Below are positions 25,853 to 37,390 of a stretch of 64,000 nucleotides of DNA, one piece after another. The translations under genes were made by a program, and so were the position numbers. The notes below the pieces were generated by a model. It was given only the letters and a program-made list of their open reading frames with translations. It was not told the origin of the DNA and ran no database searches. The first letter of the stretch is position 1. Every line of letters begins with the position of its first letter. The DNA is taken from contig NW_003314326.1 of assembly GCF_000143415.4 (NCBI RefSeq), positions 62,001 through 126,000 on the forward strand. The letters run 5' to 3'. This DNA comes from Selaginella moellendorffii (lineage: Eukaryota; Plantae; Lycopodiophyta).

Positions 25853-28489
25853 ATGGCGGATGGGGAAGAATTGGAATCAGATATCAGGGCTGGGAAGCGG
25901 CAAAGGGCGGATGGGCCTGAGCGATCGATTCAGCAGCAGATTGAGGAAGTCGAATCGGAGATCAGGGCCGTGCAACAAGCGATTGAGCAGGTTGAGCAGA
26001 AGGTGGAGCGCGCTGACCAGAAGGTGGATTCCACGCAGGGTGAGCTTCAGAAACACTGGATGGAGGAGAAAAAGCAGCTCCGTGAGAAGGAGAACCAGCT
26101 CCGTGAGCTTCAGAAGCACTGGATGGAGAAGGAGAAGCAGCTCCGTCAGCAGCTCATTCCCTCTAGTGGAGTTGTTTGGTCAAACGCCCGTGATCGGATT
26201 GCCAAGCTGAAGGAGCTCTTTGGACCTCGTCTTAAGCATGCCCGCATGTACAGAAAATGCCTTGAAAGGGATTCATTATCTTCTTTGCCAACTGGCTTGT
26301 CTCTGAAGGACATCGGGCAGCAGTTTCCCATCGTTGGACGAGAGAAGACTGTGGATGCTTTGCTCAGGGGTAACTGGCTGTTGTACAAGCAATTCATGAG
26401 CAGTCAACACACAGACTGGGATGTGTTTAGGCGCCTCCACCATATAATGGGTGTGGTTGGATTCCCGGGTGCGGGAAAAACATCCCTTGGCAAGGCACTC
26501 CCACAAATACTCATTGAGATGAGAAGGCAACGGAGTGATCCAGGGCTAAGGATTCAAGAACTTGCCTCACTTTTCGATACATCAACCGATGAGGTGCGAC
26601 CGTGGGATGCCATGATGAGCACCGTTGAACATCTCGACGTGCTCATGTACCATGATTTTATTTCAACTTTTCATGGCGAGACCGGGCTGGGTGATGCTCA
26701 GGTTTTGGCCCTGAGGACTTTGCATGCAGCTGTTTCTAGAGCAGATGGCCAAGATGACATCAGAAAAGATACTGGGACTTGGACGCCCTTTCCTTACCAA
26801 GAGCTTGTCGCTGTTGTTGATGCCGAAGCACCTGATTTGAGGAAGTTCCTCCTGTTTGATGACGTGATAGCTTTGTTGCGAGAAGTCTGCGAGCTCGGAG
26901 ACCAAAACATTTTCCTGTCGTTCTTCTTTGATGAGATTGGGAGGAGCAACGTCCTTGTTCAGAAACTGTTTCGGCAGTTCATAGTTTGGAAGTACAGGAA
27001 CGTGGGTGGCAAAACGTTTGTCACTATGCTCGGAGCGACCAACCTTTTCACAGCGGCATCTTTGAGAGAGAGCGGTGACAGTGGATCATCTGAAGTGATT
27101 TATATTCCTGTCAACCCTCTCAGCAGCAGCGATCGGGAGAAGCTGGTGTTGCAAGTCTTTAACAAGGTGCTGAGGACTTCAAACCGTGAAGAACTTCACG
27201 CTTTAAATGATGGCATGCAGCTGTTGTGCAAGCTGAGCGGAGGGAATCCGAGGTTGATTACCTTCATGGTTCAGGCTTTGGCTTCAGATGACCCAGACAT
27301 GGCCCTTGACATTGACAACCTTGCGCTGAGAATTCAGGAGCCCTTCCTGAGAGACAAAGTAAGGCGGATTCTGGATCGTGTGTGGAGCCTATGCAGAAGA
27401 TTCAAATATTACAATGGCTTTGCCGGGGATGAGAGATTTTCTTATCTCTTACGAGCAATTCAAGCATCGATGCTTCGTGAGCATGTCTCAAGGAATGGAC
27501 CGGTTCTGCTGCAGGCCTTTCCAAGAGAAAATGTTTTGACATGGGAAGCTCTGGAGAGTTGTGGAGTAGTGGCTGTGGTTCTTGACGAAGAAAAGGCTCT
27601 GGTGGAGTTTTCACCTGTGTTACTGCATAAGCTAACACTCCAGCGGGAGGACCTTTTTGGCTCTACAACTTTTGATTTGACAACAATGTCAACGGATGAT
27701 TGGAAGCAGAAGGAAGACAACGATTTGTTGTCTCTGATCTTCAGCATCTACATTCATAAGGTATGTGAATTCTACGTTCATAGTCTTTCATAGTCTTGGT
27801 TACTAACATGTTATTTGCAGTTACTATCGGGGGGTTCAGAGACCTTCATGCTGGCGGATGTGTTGCCTTGCGATTGGTACATCCCTGACAATCTGAAGAA
27901 CCGAAAGTTCAGGTTCCCCACTTTTCCAGTTTCAATCAAGCAACTGAGTCCAGGTATGTTCTTGTTTTTAGTTTTTTGGTTTCGGATCAAACACAGTAGT
28001 CCAGGCTCAAAGGAGGAGGTTCAAAGGTCAGGGACTTGGGCCATCTGTGGACCTCGGAACAGCAGGGCTGATACCTTCCTGATACTCGAGGAAGTAAAAG
28101 GCATTGATTTGGAGCCATTTCTTTTGTACATCCAAAGCAAGTGCTCTGGAGACCCTCTTAAGCCAGCCATTGCGGATTGGTTGGAAGTCGTTCGAAATCT
28201 TAAGAGTGACGTCCGAAGACTGATTGCTATCAAGGACAATGAGCAGCCTGGCAATGAAAGTAAGTCCATACGTTATACATTTTTCGTTTATTTTTTATTT
28301 TTGTTTTTTGTAGAGTATGCTCGAACGAACTTTGGATATGTATTTTTCTCGGACAAGGACAATTCATCAGCTCTCTCATATCAAAAGTCTAATCCGATGG
28401 ATATATATGCCTCAAGTGTTATTATCGGCTCCAATTTTGGTATGATCGAGCAGATTGCAGCTGTAAGGCATACCAAAATGTGTATGTGA
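25853..28489 (+). CDS. coiled-coil + P-loop NTPase + PD-(D/E)xK-like C-terminal domain protein (Crinkler/CR-like architecture)
   Basis: N-terminal coiled coil, Walker A GFPGAGKT, Walker B FFFDE, GGNPR, C-terminal ADTF...YIQSK. In-frame GT-AG introns at 27761-27820, 27954-28004 and 28260-28313; no stops after splicing. Confidence 0.75.
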
Positions 28490-29276
28490 TCACCAGTATT
28501 TAGTGGTAAAGGAGGCTTTCCAGGTGCGATTCAGCTAGACTTTGATACAAAGTGAGTCTTACGATTCTGGTTTTCCTTTGGTAGGTGACTGGATTCTCTA
28601 TTGGTGACAGTAAGGGAAACGGCATAGATAATGTGTTGATGACGTTGAGTGCACAACAATCCATATTTAAGTTTATTTAAGAAATTTAGTTTAAAAAGTC
28701 ATAATTATTATTATTTCAGTTATTTTAAATTCATGTATAGTCATATATAGTAAATCCATATATATGTATTTAGTCTGGGCTTAGGTGTCTCTCTTAAAAC
28801 ATTTCCTTCTCTTCTATTTGATTATTTACAAGCAGCCATGTAGGTATTTCATTTGATTGATATCTTTTAGATTTCTTGCTCTTATAGTTGGCATATTAAA
28901 CTATGTCCATGGATGTAACAAAGTTTCCCTTTTGACTATTGAGTTTTTGTCAAAAGTTCCGAAATGGAATGGTTATATCAATAGAAGTTGAGATTACTCG
29001 AAAATAAGTAGTGGGATTGAGATAGAGGAAGAGTCTCAAACAAGTTTAGCAAGAACTAAATTAGTGAAAGGGAGAGAACCACCACAGGTGGTCGATCGAG
29101 TTTTTATGTTAGAGAGACTATGCTTCTTGGAGGATGGACAAGGCATGATGAGCCTTCGGTGTCAAACCATTGACGAATATTGGCTAGGTGCCAAGGATGG
29201 AAAGGGTAATACATACTAATATTACTTTATAAAATAATTTATCATTTGATGAGGACATCAAAATTCATCTATGGGT

Positions 29277-30838
29277 GGTGGACACAAATCCCTAAGCCCC
29301 AAAGTGGAGCCAAAAGGGTGCCACGTGATAGTGGCTGAAGCGAGAGCCAAATAAGCGTAACATGTTTGGACTAAAAGCTCCAACTTGAAAGGTCAAGAGT
29401 GGGAGTGGAACTCCTAACGAAGTGCTCGAGGAACAAGCATGAAGTGAGCAATAAGTGAGTCTCTAGAAATGGGACACAAGAGGACCAACACATGACATAT
29501 GGAAGTGTCCAAGAAGGAGTCCGAGATAGATCTGAGATGGAGTCCAAGATGAACCCGAGATGGAGTCTGAGATGGACCCGAGATGGAGTCCGAGATGAAC
29601 TCGAGATGGTGTCCGAGATGGACCTGAGATGGAGTTCGAGATGGAGTCGAGATGGAGTCCGAGATGGACCCGAGATGGAAGCCGAGATGGACCAAAGATG
29701 GAGTCCGAGATGGAACCGAGACTGAGACCGAGACCGAGACGAAGTCCAAGACCGAGTCCGAGTCTGAATCTGAGACTGAGACCGAGTCCAAGTCCAAGTC
29801 CGGATCTGAATACTAATACAAGCTATTGGGTGAAAGCCCAAAGTGATCGTCCCCCGGGGGGGGGGGGGGGGGGGGGGGGAGGTGTGGGGGGTGTGGGGGA
29901 TTCCAAAAGTATAATAAAGAGAGTGTGAGGGTTGGACCCTAGTGGAGCCAGTTTGGCCCAAGAAGGCCATGCCTAGCTGTTGGGTGATGAGATAACCACT
30001 GAGAAGTCCAAAGCTAGAGTGAATACAGATTGATAAGCCGGGTAACTTGGTAAAGTGTTCAAGAGCCGGCTCTAGTTCCCCTGGGAGATTGAATGGTTGA
30101 TGCTCCTAGTCCAAACGTGGGTGGCACTACCTACTTGGATACCTAGCGTGGCTCAACGGAACCTCACTCTAAGCCCATAGTTAGAGCACCTAAAGGCAGA
30201 AGGTGGGGAGAGTACCCATAAGGCTTGCATAGGGCCATGATGTTCCAAAATATTGTCCTAAAGTCCCAGACTATGGAAAGGAAGAGGAGTGGTCCTTTAG
30301 TGTAGTGACCAAGGATATGGTCATGTGGTGAAAAAGTTCCAAAGGACAATGGGACTTAGTGGTCGAGCCTGTGGGCCTTGTTCCAATGGCAGTGTTGGCG
30401 AACACAACCATGGACAGAAAAAGGACTTGGTGGGGACTATAAAAGGGATATTGGGGAAGGATGTTCCTCATGTTTATGGGCATCTTAAGGATACTAGGGA
30501 ATGGATCTTAGATGGTCTTTCATGGACAAATGGCTCAGTCTTTGAGAAACGAGACTATGATGCAAGTAGTGTTGGACCACCAGTGTGTTCAAGATGAATA
30601 GGCATGGCCTTAGCGTAACGGGCTAGTATGTCAGTGGTACCTTGGGGTGTTGATCATGGGACCGGACATGTGGAGCATTTGGACCAAGTCCAAAGGTTGA
30701 GTGGCGTGGATGCCATTCTCGGGGCTAGCAAATCCCAAATCCTGAATTGGACTTATGGAGGTTGTGAATAAGACTCCTCCAAGAGGTCGAAGGTGTGGTT
30801 AAATAACTAAAGTAGAATGGAAAAATTAGTCACTTACA
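29277..30838 (+). repeat. LTR family B (3' LTR of a truncated element)
   Basis: Inverted homolog of 51752-53523; preceded by ctatgggtggtg PPT-like tract; ends CTTACA. Confidence 0.82.
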
Positions 30839-31402
30839 CTCTCCTAGTTGTGGCGACTATGTACAAACTTGTTATTGAGGCTACTCTTGTGCTGGTTCTT
30901 TGCCTTTGTGTTCACATGATTAGATATCTCAATAATGGTATCCTATAGTGTTGAACCCTTCATGATTTAGAAGTATCATATTGAGAATTTTGCCTACATC
31001 TTCTTTGTGTATATCAGATCAAAAGAGATCTCTTGCATTGCTTTTGTCAAGTGCCGCCAATGACTGTTGGATTTTTTGTTGTTTCCTTGCCTATCCTTTC
31101 GACAAATGTCCAACCATCCTTGTCCATAGAGATCCACTGAGTTCTCCTGTACAATCATCAGCTCTTTGAGGGCATCGTGGACAAAGAGCTACATCAATGA
31201 TGCACCAAGACATTTCCCCATACTCTGCTTGCAGTACTCTCGTGCGTCTTCAAAAGCTGTTTCAAATTTTTTTAACTAGTGAACCAAGATTTCCAAGCCA
31301 TAAAAGGCTTTTAGCATGTCTCTGTTTCTTTCCGTTTCCCCCACTTTGAACATCAAGTCAGCCTCTGCATATGTTCTCATCCCAGAACTGTGCAGGTCCC
31401 AC

Positions 31403-31743
31403 TGTCAAGAATCCCCCAATTCTTGCCACATTCCTGACTCTCGCCAGATTCCTGACCTACAAACCACATTCCTGACTCTCGAGACACTTCCCTATTCCTG
31501 ACTCTCTGATTTCCCATACGATTCCTGATGATGACGTGGCACCTTCTTGACCTCAACTATATTTAGGCCGTCTTAGATCTAAGAGTGGTGGAGCTTCATC
31601 AACCTATAGTATATATAGGTTAGCCTTGTTCCATTTCTCCATAATCTGAATTAATGCCAGTCTAAGGCTTCTTCTTCGTTTCCACTAGTTTTTCTTTTTG
31701 TCTTCTACATTTTCCAGTCTTGATCTTGTTGGGGGTCTTGACA
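31403..31743 (+). repeat. 5' LTR (341 bp) of a Tf1/Tcn1-like Ty3/gypsy element
   Basis: TGTCAAGA...TCTTGACA inverted termini, TATATATA at 31610, followed by gag. Confidence 0.75.
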
Positions 31744-31838
31744 GTTTGATTCAGATTGTGTTTTTTTGTTTTTGCTTTAGCTCGTTTTGATTGTTTGACT
31801 GCCTTGCCTTTTTCCCCCTTTTTCTTTCTTCTTTGCCG

Positions 31839-32793
31839 ATGGAGTCTCCAAGCCATCCTAATTTCTTTGCCAAAGTCCTTGCAAAAATCCAGTCTGAGAA
31901 TATCAAGCTGAAGGCAACCCTTCTTCACATGCAGTAGGAGCTTGCTTCACTTTCGGCTCAAGGATCCAACAAAGTTCCTGAACCGAAGGTGAGTTTCCCA
32001 GCAAAATTTTCAGGCAAGCATTCGGAGCTTTGCGGATTCCTGGACCAGATGGAGCTGATCTTCACACTTCAACATTGGTGGTACCCCACTCCCGAGTCTC
32101 AAATCGGCGCAATCGGGACATTGCTCGAAGGTGCAACTTTGTCATGGTTTTCTTCTGGTTTCGACCTGGTTCTCCTGTTATGGTTCTGGAGCTGATGGAT
32201 CTTCAGTTGTTCAAAGAGAAGCTCGAAGCATATTTTGGTGAGACGGATTGGGTTCAGGCTGCCACCACAAAGATAAGACGTCTCTCTTAGGGGTCTCGTC
32301 CTGCCTCGATCTATGCTGCAGAGTTCCAACTCCTTGCTTTGCACACTTAGTGGGATGAGCAGGCCCTGATTAATCAATTTCGTTTCAGCCTCAACAACGG
32401 TGTCAAGGATTTGTTGCTCACCATGGAGGATCCCACGGACCTGTCGGATGCCATCAATAAAGTTGTTTGATGCGACAATCATCTCTTTGAATGTCGCCAG
32501 AAAAGTCACCGCGCCGCCTAGACTCAGGAATCCTAGCTTGAGTCTTCGGGGTATACTCCTGAACCTACTACTCCAGTCCCGATGGAAATTTCTGGTACTC
32601 CCCGACTCATTAGAGGGAAGTTGAGTCCTACTGAGAAGCAATGTCAAATATCTCATAATCTTTACCTCTACTGTGCTGATCTTAATCACAAAGCAGTTGT
32701 GTGTCCCAAGAAGCCTCCCCAATTGCTTGAGTTCACTCTGCCTCAAGGTCCACCTCTGTTGCAGTTGGAAAATGACCCTGTCCAAATAGAGTA
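31839..32793 (+). pseudogene. gag: Ty3/gypsy gag (Tf1/Tcn1/sushi-like), truncated at the transposon end
   Basis: PAKFSGKHSEL..FL, YAAEFQLLA, WDEQALINQF, LYC...H....C knuckle remnant; stops and frameshifts. Confidence 0.75.
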
Positions 32794-34505
32794 AAGCTCT
32801 ATTTCGTTAAAGTGGAATTTATTCAGTAAAATGGGACTAGGTACAAATTTTCAAGTATTTGAAAATGACGTGAAATTATATGTTTTTTGTCCAGGGGCTA
32901 GACATATCTGGGGCATGGTGACTAGCGCGGTGACTTTGTGTCCAGACTGAGTCCATCTGGTTGTATAATAAATCTCATTGTCAAGGTGAACAAGCCGAAT
33001 CTGAAGCTAAAGAAGAGCGATGGCATGCGTGCACACACTATTTGTTTATTCATTGAGCGTGTGGTGAGCTTTCCAAGATGAACGTCATTCCTATTAGCCA
33101 GACATATAACTTAATGGTGAGAACATTTAGATATTATTCAATGTTATCTTTTTCTAACGAATCTAATTGTGAAGGTGTAGCAAGAGGCATTGCTAGTCTG
33201 GAGAAGTCATTTAACTCATTTGACCCTTAGTGTATTTTCATGAAACTAAATAACATTCATATTATTAAGGAATTTCTCTAGTACCTTTTTTTTACGACAT
33301 AGAGGCTTGCATTTCTTTCAAAGGTGATTTAGTAAAAGGCCTGAGGGCATATGTCATTCTATTTCTCAAACCGGTATTAAGATATACTAGTGCAAAGGGA
33401 AAAAGGTATTTGGTGATCAAGTAAATGGCATGAGGGCACACGCCATTATAAGCCTAAGTGCTAGTGGACACCTCCTTTTTGGTACTCTCAGCGGTACTAT
33501 CATCCTTCTCCGGGTCAGTTGTTTTGCTTTGGATTGTTGTCTCTGACGTTACTGGGGCGTTCTCGATAGTTGTTAATGTTGCCGTTTGTTCAGAAAAATG
33601 ATCACCTGGAGTATAGTACGGGGAGTTTGGAAGACTTATATATTCTACATCTTCACCTATCTCCTTCTCCGTCTCCTTTTTTGCCTCACTTACAGATTTT
33701 GTGCTTGCCATGAGAACGCTCTTCACCCTAAAATATGGAGTTCGTTGTGTTATAAAAGGAAACCAACACACACGCTGCAAGGGAATGATGGTACATAAAG
33801 CATGTAAGCCCACAATATGGGTTTATGTGCCATTAATATGGGCCACACGCCATATTATTAGATTTATGCACGTGTGATTGGTAAATGCATATGTCACATC
33901 ATCTTTGTTTTACCTCACACACTATATCAGGCCTAATGAACCATATCACATGTGCGCACATGCTATATATATGGAGAAGTATTATGCAAGGATAGAAAAA
34001 TTCAATGCATGATTGTGGAGAGCAATGGCATGAAGCCACATGCTAAATAACATTTTAGAGAAAGAATTAAAATAGAAACATGCAAATAGTACTGAGTGGA
34101 CCAAGACTAAGAAGTGCACAATTGAATGAGGTATTTCTAATAAATATTTCACTCACCTCATATAGGAATGGCTACCACTCTCAAATGGCGTATCGCCTCA
34201 TGCCATCACCTCGCAATTTGTTATAACAATCCGATGAATTCATATTCGGCTTGTTCACCTTGAACTTTAAGTAAGATTTGCTAGAACAACTAAGAATTTA
34301 TACTTGTTATTGGTATCATCTCACCTAGGAATGGCGTAAGGCCACATGCCATCACGCCTCCTCTGATTCAGATTCGGATTGTTCACCTTGAAATAAAATA
34401 CATTAGAAACTTAGTAAAGGAATATTAATGAATCTCACCTTGAACCCGGGTTATGAATGCTCTTGCTGCATCTCTTGCATGGTCTGGCAAGGTGATGGTG
34501 GCACT

Positions 34506-36731
34506 CTACTTCCGCATCCAACCATGCACAACATTATCCACCGATATGCTCATGCTGGGATCCCTTGGATTCAGCATCCATCTCTTTTTTAGGCAATCCT
34601 TCGTATATCCGGAACTTGGCTTGAACCACTCCACAGTTACATTGAAGGAGTTAGTTTCCGCGTCCTCCTCTGCATCAGTGATGCAGCGCCCCACCCATAT
34701 CATTTGTTTTTTATTACTGGGTCTGACAAGCACGACCATTCCTTTGCAGACCTGTACTGGATTGAATGCTGAATCCGGCTTCTTGTTCCTCGGCCCACAA
34801 TAGTGATCCTCAACATTGTTATCTGTCACTGCATTTCCAGAGGACATTGTTCCGCTACTATCTGGTGCTCTGGGTTCTGGCCAAAAGGACTCTTCCAATT
34901 CTTCATATACAACCGGCCCATTTTGGATAGCAGATATAATCTTCTCCCAATATTCGAGCAAAGGCTTGCACCTCTGAAAATAGGATTCTCCACCAAACAC
35001 CAACCCCCTCTTCCAGAAGGCAATATGCTGTCTAATCCCGGCCACTATACTTTCCTGGTCTTTAAGTCCATCCGGGTGCATCGGTCGTGGGGAACCCTGA
35101 GGAATCATAGGTTCCCCAGTTATGGGATCTCTCTTGAAGAGTTTAATGCCGTCCACTGGCAGCCACACTGTGTCCCATTCTCTCATCTTGTACCTCATCA
35201 CTGGAGCACCGTCACGCATGCTGAAATGAAACTGAAGAGGCTTGGAGTGGCCAATCAGCGTTTTGGATCCGTCCCTGATGTAGCCTCTTACAAACCCCTT
35301 AAAGTCTGGAACCTCTGTCACAAGTGCAGCTTCAACAATGCCTTTGATGCAATTTTGGAATTCATCATAGAGTTGTGGGAGGGTGAGGACATTGGATCGC
35401 CGGAGGGACTCTGCCAGGTGACTGAACATGGCATCGACGTTTTCATGAGTGTGCCCAACTATGAGAAAGCCAAGTGTAACCGTTTCAAATATGCCTTTGG
35501 CAACAAGCATCGCCAAGTACGCGAAGACGTACATGTTTTTGTTCTCACTGCCAGCATTGTCTGTTTGGAGCAGAAGATGGGGTGGAAGGCCACATCGGCC
35601 GCAAGAATTTCCTTGAGATTCTGCTTTGTTTGGATGAGGCTGTGCATTCACCGGGCGACCAGCCTCGTCGGAATGGCATGAGGCCTCACGTGATAACCCT
35701 ACAATCTGAAGGCCAACATATTCACTGGGATGGCATGGGGCCCCACGCGATACTGCAAGCCTTTGCTCCTCCTCCAGCTGAACCCTGTATGGGGTTCGAT
35801 CAACAAGGGCCTTATGCAAGGGTTGGCCATTCAGCTCAGTCTGCGCACTTTGCAGAGACCTTAAGTGTTTTGCTAGGGACGCAATCATCATGTTTGCACC
35901 CCCGCCACCCCATAGAGGTACAAAGAAGTTCCCATAGTTCTGGGCACCATGCCCATGAGCGATTATGCCAAACAGAGACATAGACAGCTGCATGGATGAA
36001 GAGATTGCCTTGGGGGCAGGATTGAGTCGAGGTAAGCATGTCTTTTTCTGGTCCATTTTGTCGTGGATGATGCAGAGGTAAGAGTCAGGTCTCTCCATGG
36101 AGAGAATCCTGTTATGATAATATGCAGTCCTGCAGTTTCTCTGCTCGATGTTGTGGTCGAACCGCCTTCTAACCAACGTCTCTCGCTCTTGAGCGCTGCA
36201 AGAATTCTTCGACAAAGCCATTTTGATAGCAGTGCACTCGTCACACTTTGAAAAGCTTCCAATAGTTAGACTGTTTTCTTCTGTGTCAACAACCTCTAAA
36301 ATCCCAACTCCAATATCATCCCAGCCCAATTCTTGATTAGCAACCGCATCTCTTGGATCGACAACTGTGGCTAAGCCCTCAGCTACCACCTCCCCCTCGG
36401 GGTTGTTTAGAAACACCTTTGCCTGAATCCATGTAACACGGTTCTTAAGATCTACGGAGGGAACATGCGTCGCACTTGCGCTATCCCCAACATCTGCTTT
36501 CTTCTGAAAATTTTTCAAGGCAACAACAACATTTACCCCGACGTCCATCTCTCCTCGTTCAATAGCGACCACATTCCCATCGAAGACAGTCTCTACTGAT
36601 ACAGCAGCATTGCCTTCCCCAAGCCTTTGACAGTGTATAACAAAGTTCCGATCCATAGACACAAGGGTCCCTTTTGCAACTCTCTTCCCACCATTCAAAA
36701 TGTAAACCTTTTCCCCAACCCTGAAGGCCAT
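34506..36731 (-). CDS. Sola-like DDD transposase (internally deleted but in frame)
   Basis: FSKCDEC, CIIHDKMDQKKTCLP, LQTDNAGSENKN, FLIVGHTHENVDAMFS. Two N-terminal VA(K/E)G...LG repeats resemble En/Spm Tnp1-like domains; C-terminus looks like an SH3/BAH-type barrel (VVLVRP..IWVG..VTVEWF). Superfamily assignment is from memory of motifs. Confidence 0.72.
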   Translation of the reverse strand: MAFRVGEKVYILNGGKRVAKGTLVSMDRNFVIHCQRLGEGNAAVSVETVFDGNVVAIERGEMDVGVNVVVALKNFQKKADVGDSASATHVPSVDLKNRVTWIQAKVFLNNPEGEVVAEGLATVVDPRDAVANQELGWDDIGVGILEVVDTEENSLTIGSFSKCDECTAIKMALSKNSCSAQERETLVRRRFDHNIEQRNCRTAYYHNRILSMERPDSYLCIIHDKMDQKKTCLPRLNPAPKAISSSMQLSMSLFGIIAHGHGAQNYGNFFVPLWGGGGANMMIASLAKHLRSLQSAQTELNGQPLHKALVDRTPYRVQLEEEQRLAVSRGAPCHPSEYVGLQIVGLSREASCHSDEAGRPVNAQPHPNKAESQGNSCGRCGLPPHLLLQTDNAGSENKNMYVFAYLAMLVAKGIFETVTLGFLIVGHTHENVDAMFSHLAESLRRSNVLTLPQLYDEFQNCIKGIVEAALVTEVPDFKGFVRGYIRDGSKTLIGHSKPLQFHFSMRDGAPVMRYKMREWDTVWLPVDGIKLFKRDPITGEPMIPQGSPRPMHPDGLKDQESIVAGIRQHIAFWKRGLVFGGESYFQRCKPLLEYWEKIISAIQNGPVVYEELEESFWPEPRAPDSSGTMSSGNAVTDNNVEDHYCGPRNKKPDSAFNPVQVCKGMVVLVRPSNKKQMIWVGRCITDAEEDAETNSFNVTVEWFKPSSGYTKDCLKKRWMLNPRDPSMSISVDNVVHGWMRK

Positions 36732-37390
36732 TCTGAAAGTGCAGAAAAGAAGTTAAGAACATACAAAAAATGATTGGAGAATGGTCTAAATCATAACATA
36801 CCAAACAACCTCAGCTTCCAATGCTTCCAATAGTTAGACTGTTTTCTTCTGTGTCAACAACCTCTAAAATCGCAACTCCAATATCATCCCAGCCCAATTC
36901 TTGATTAGCAACCGCATCTCTTGGATCGACAACTGTGGCTAAGCCCTCAGCTACCACCTCCCCCTCGGGGTTGTTTAGAAACACCTTTGCCTGAATCCAT
37001 GTAACACGGTTCTTAGGATCTACGGAGGGAACATGCGTCGCACTTGCGCTATCCCCAACATCTGCTTTCTTCTGAAAATTTTTCAAGGCAACAACAACAT
37101 TTACCCCGATGTCCATCTCTCCTCGTTCAATAGCGACCACATTCCCATCGAAGACAGTCTCTACTGATACAGCAGCATTGCCTTCCCCAAGCCTTTGACA
37201 GTGTATAACAAAGTTCCGATCCATAGACACAAGGGTCCCTTTTGCAACTCTCTTCCCACCATTCAAAATGTAAACCTTTTCCCCAACCCTGAAGGCCATT
37301 CTGAAAGTGCAGAAAAGAAGTTAAGAACATACAAAAAATGATTGGAGAATGGTCTAAATCATAACATACCAAACAACCTCAGTAGCATGA
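36255..37390 (-). repeat. 568-bp tandem duplication of the transposase 5' end
   Basis: ORF starts 37299 and 36731 are 568 nt apart with a few substitutions. Confidence 0.92.

Noticed and set aside
30840-31400. Possible degraded coding fragment on the minus strand
   Set aside because: No recognisable family; several stops
32783-32793. CAAATAGAGTA versus CAAATGGAAAG (45905) as a long TSD
   Set aside because: Only 7 of 11 match, and each flank is explained by a different retroelement
34803-35681. 292-aa ORF on + strand
   Set aside because: Antisense shadow of the transposase; broken in copy 1
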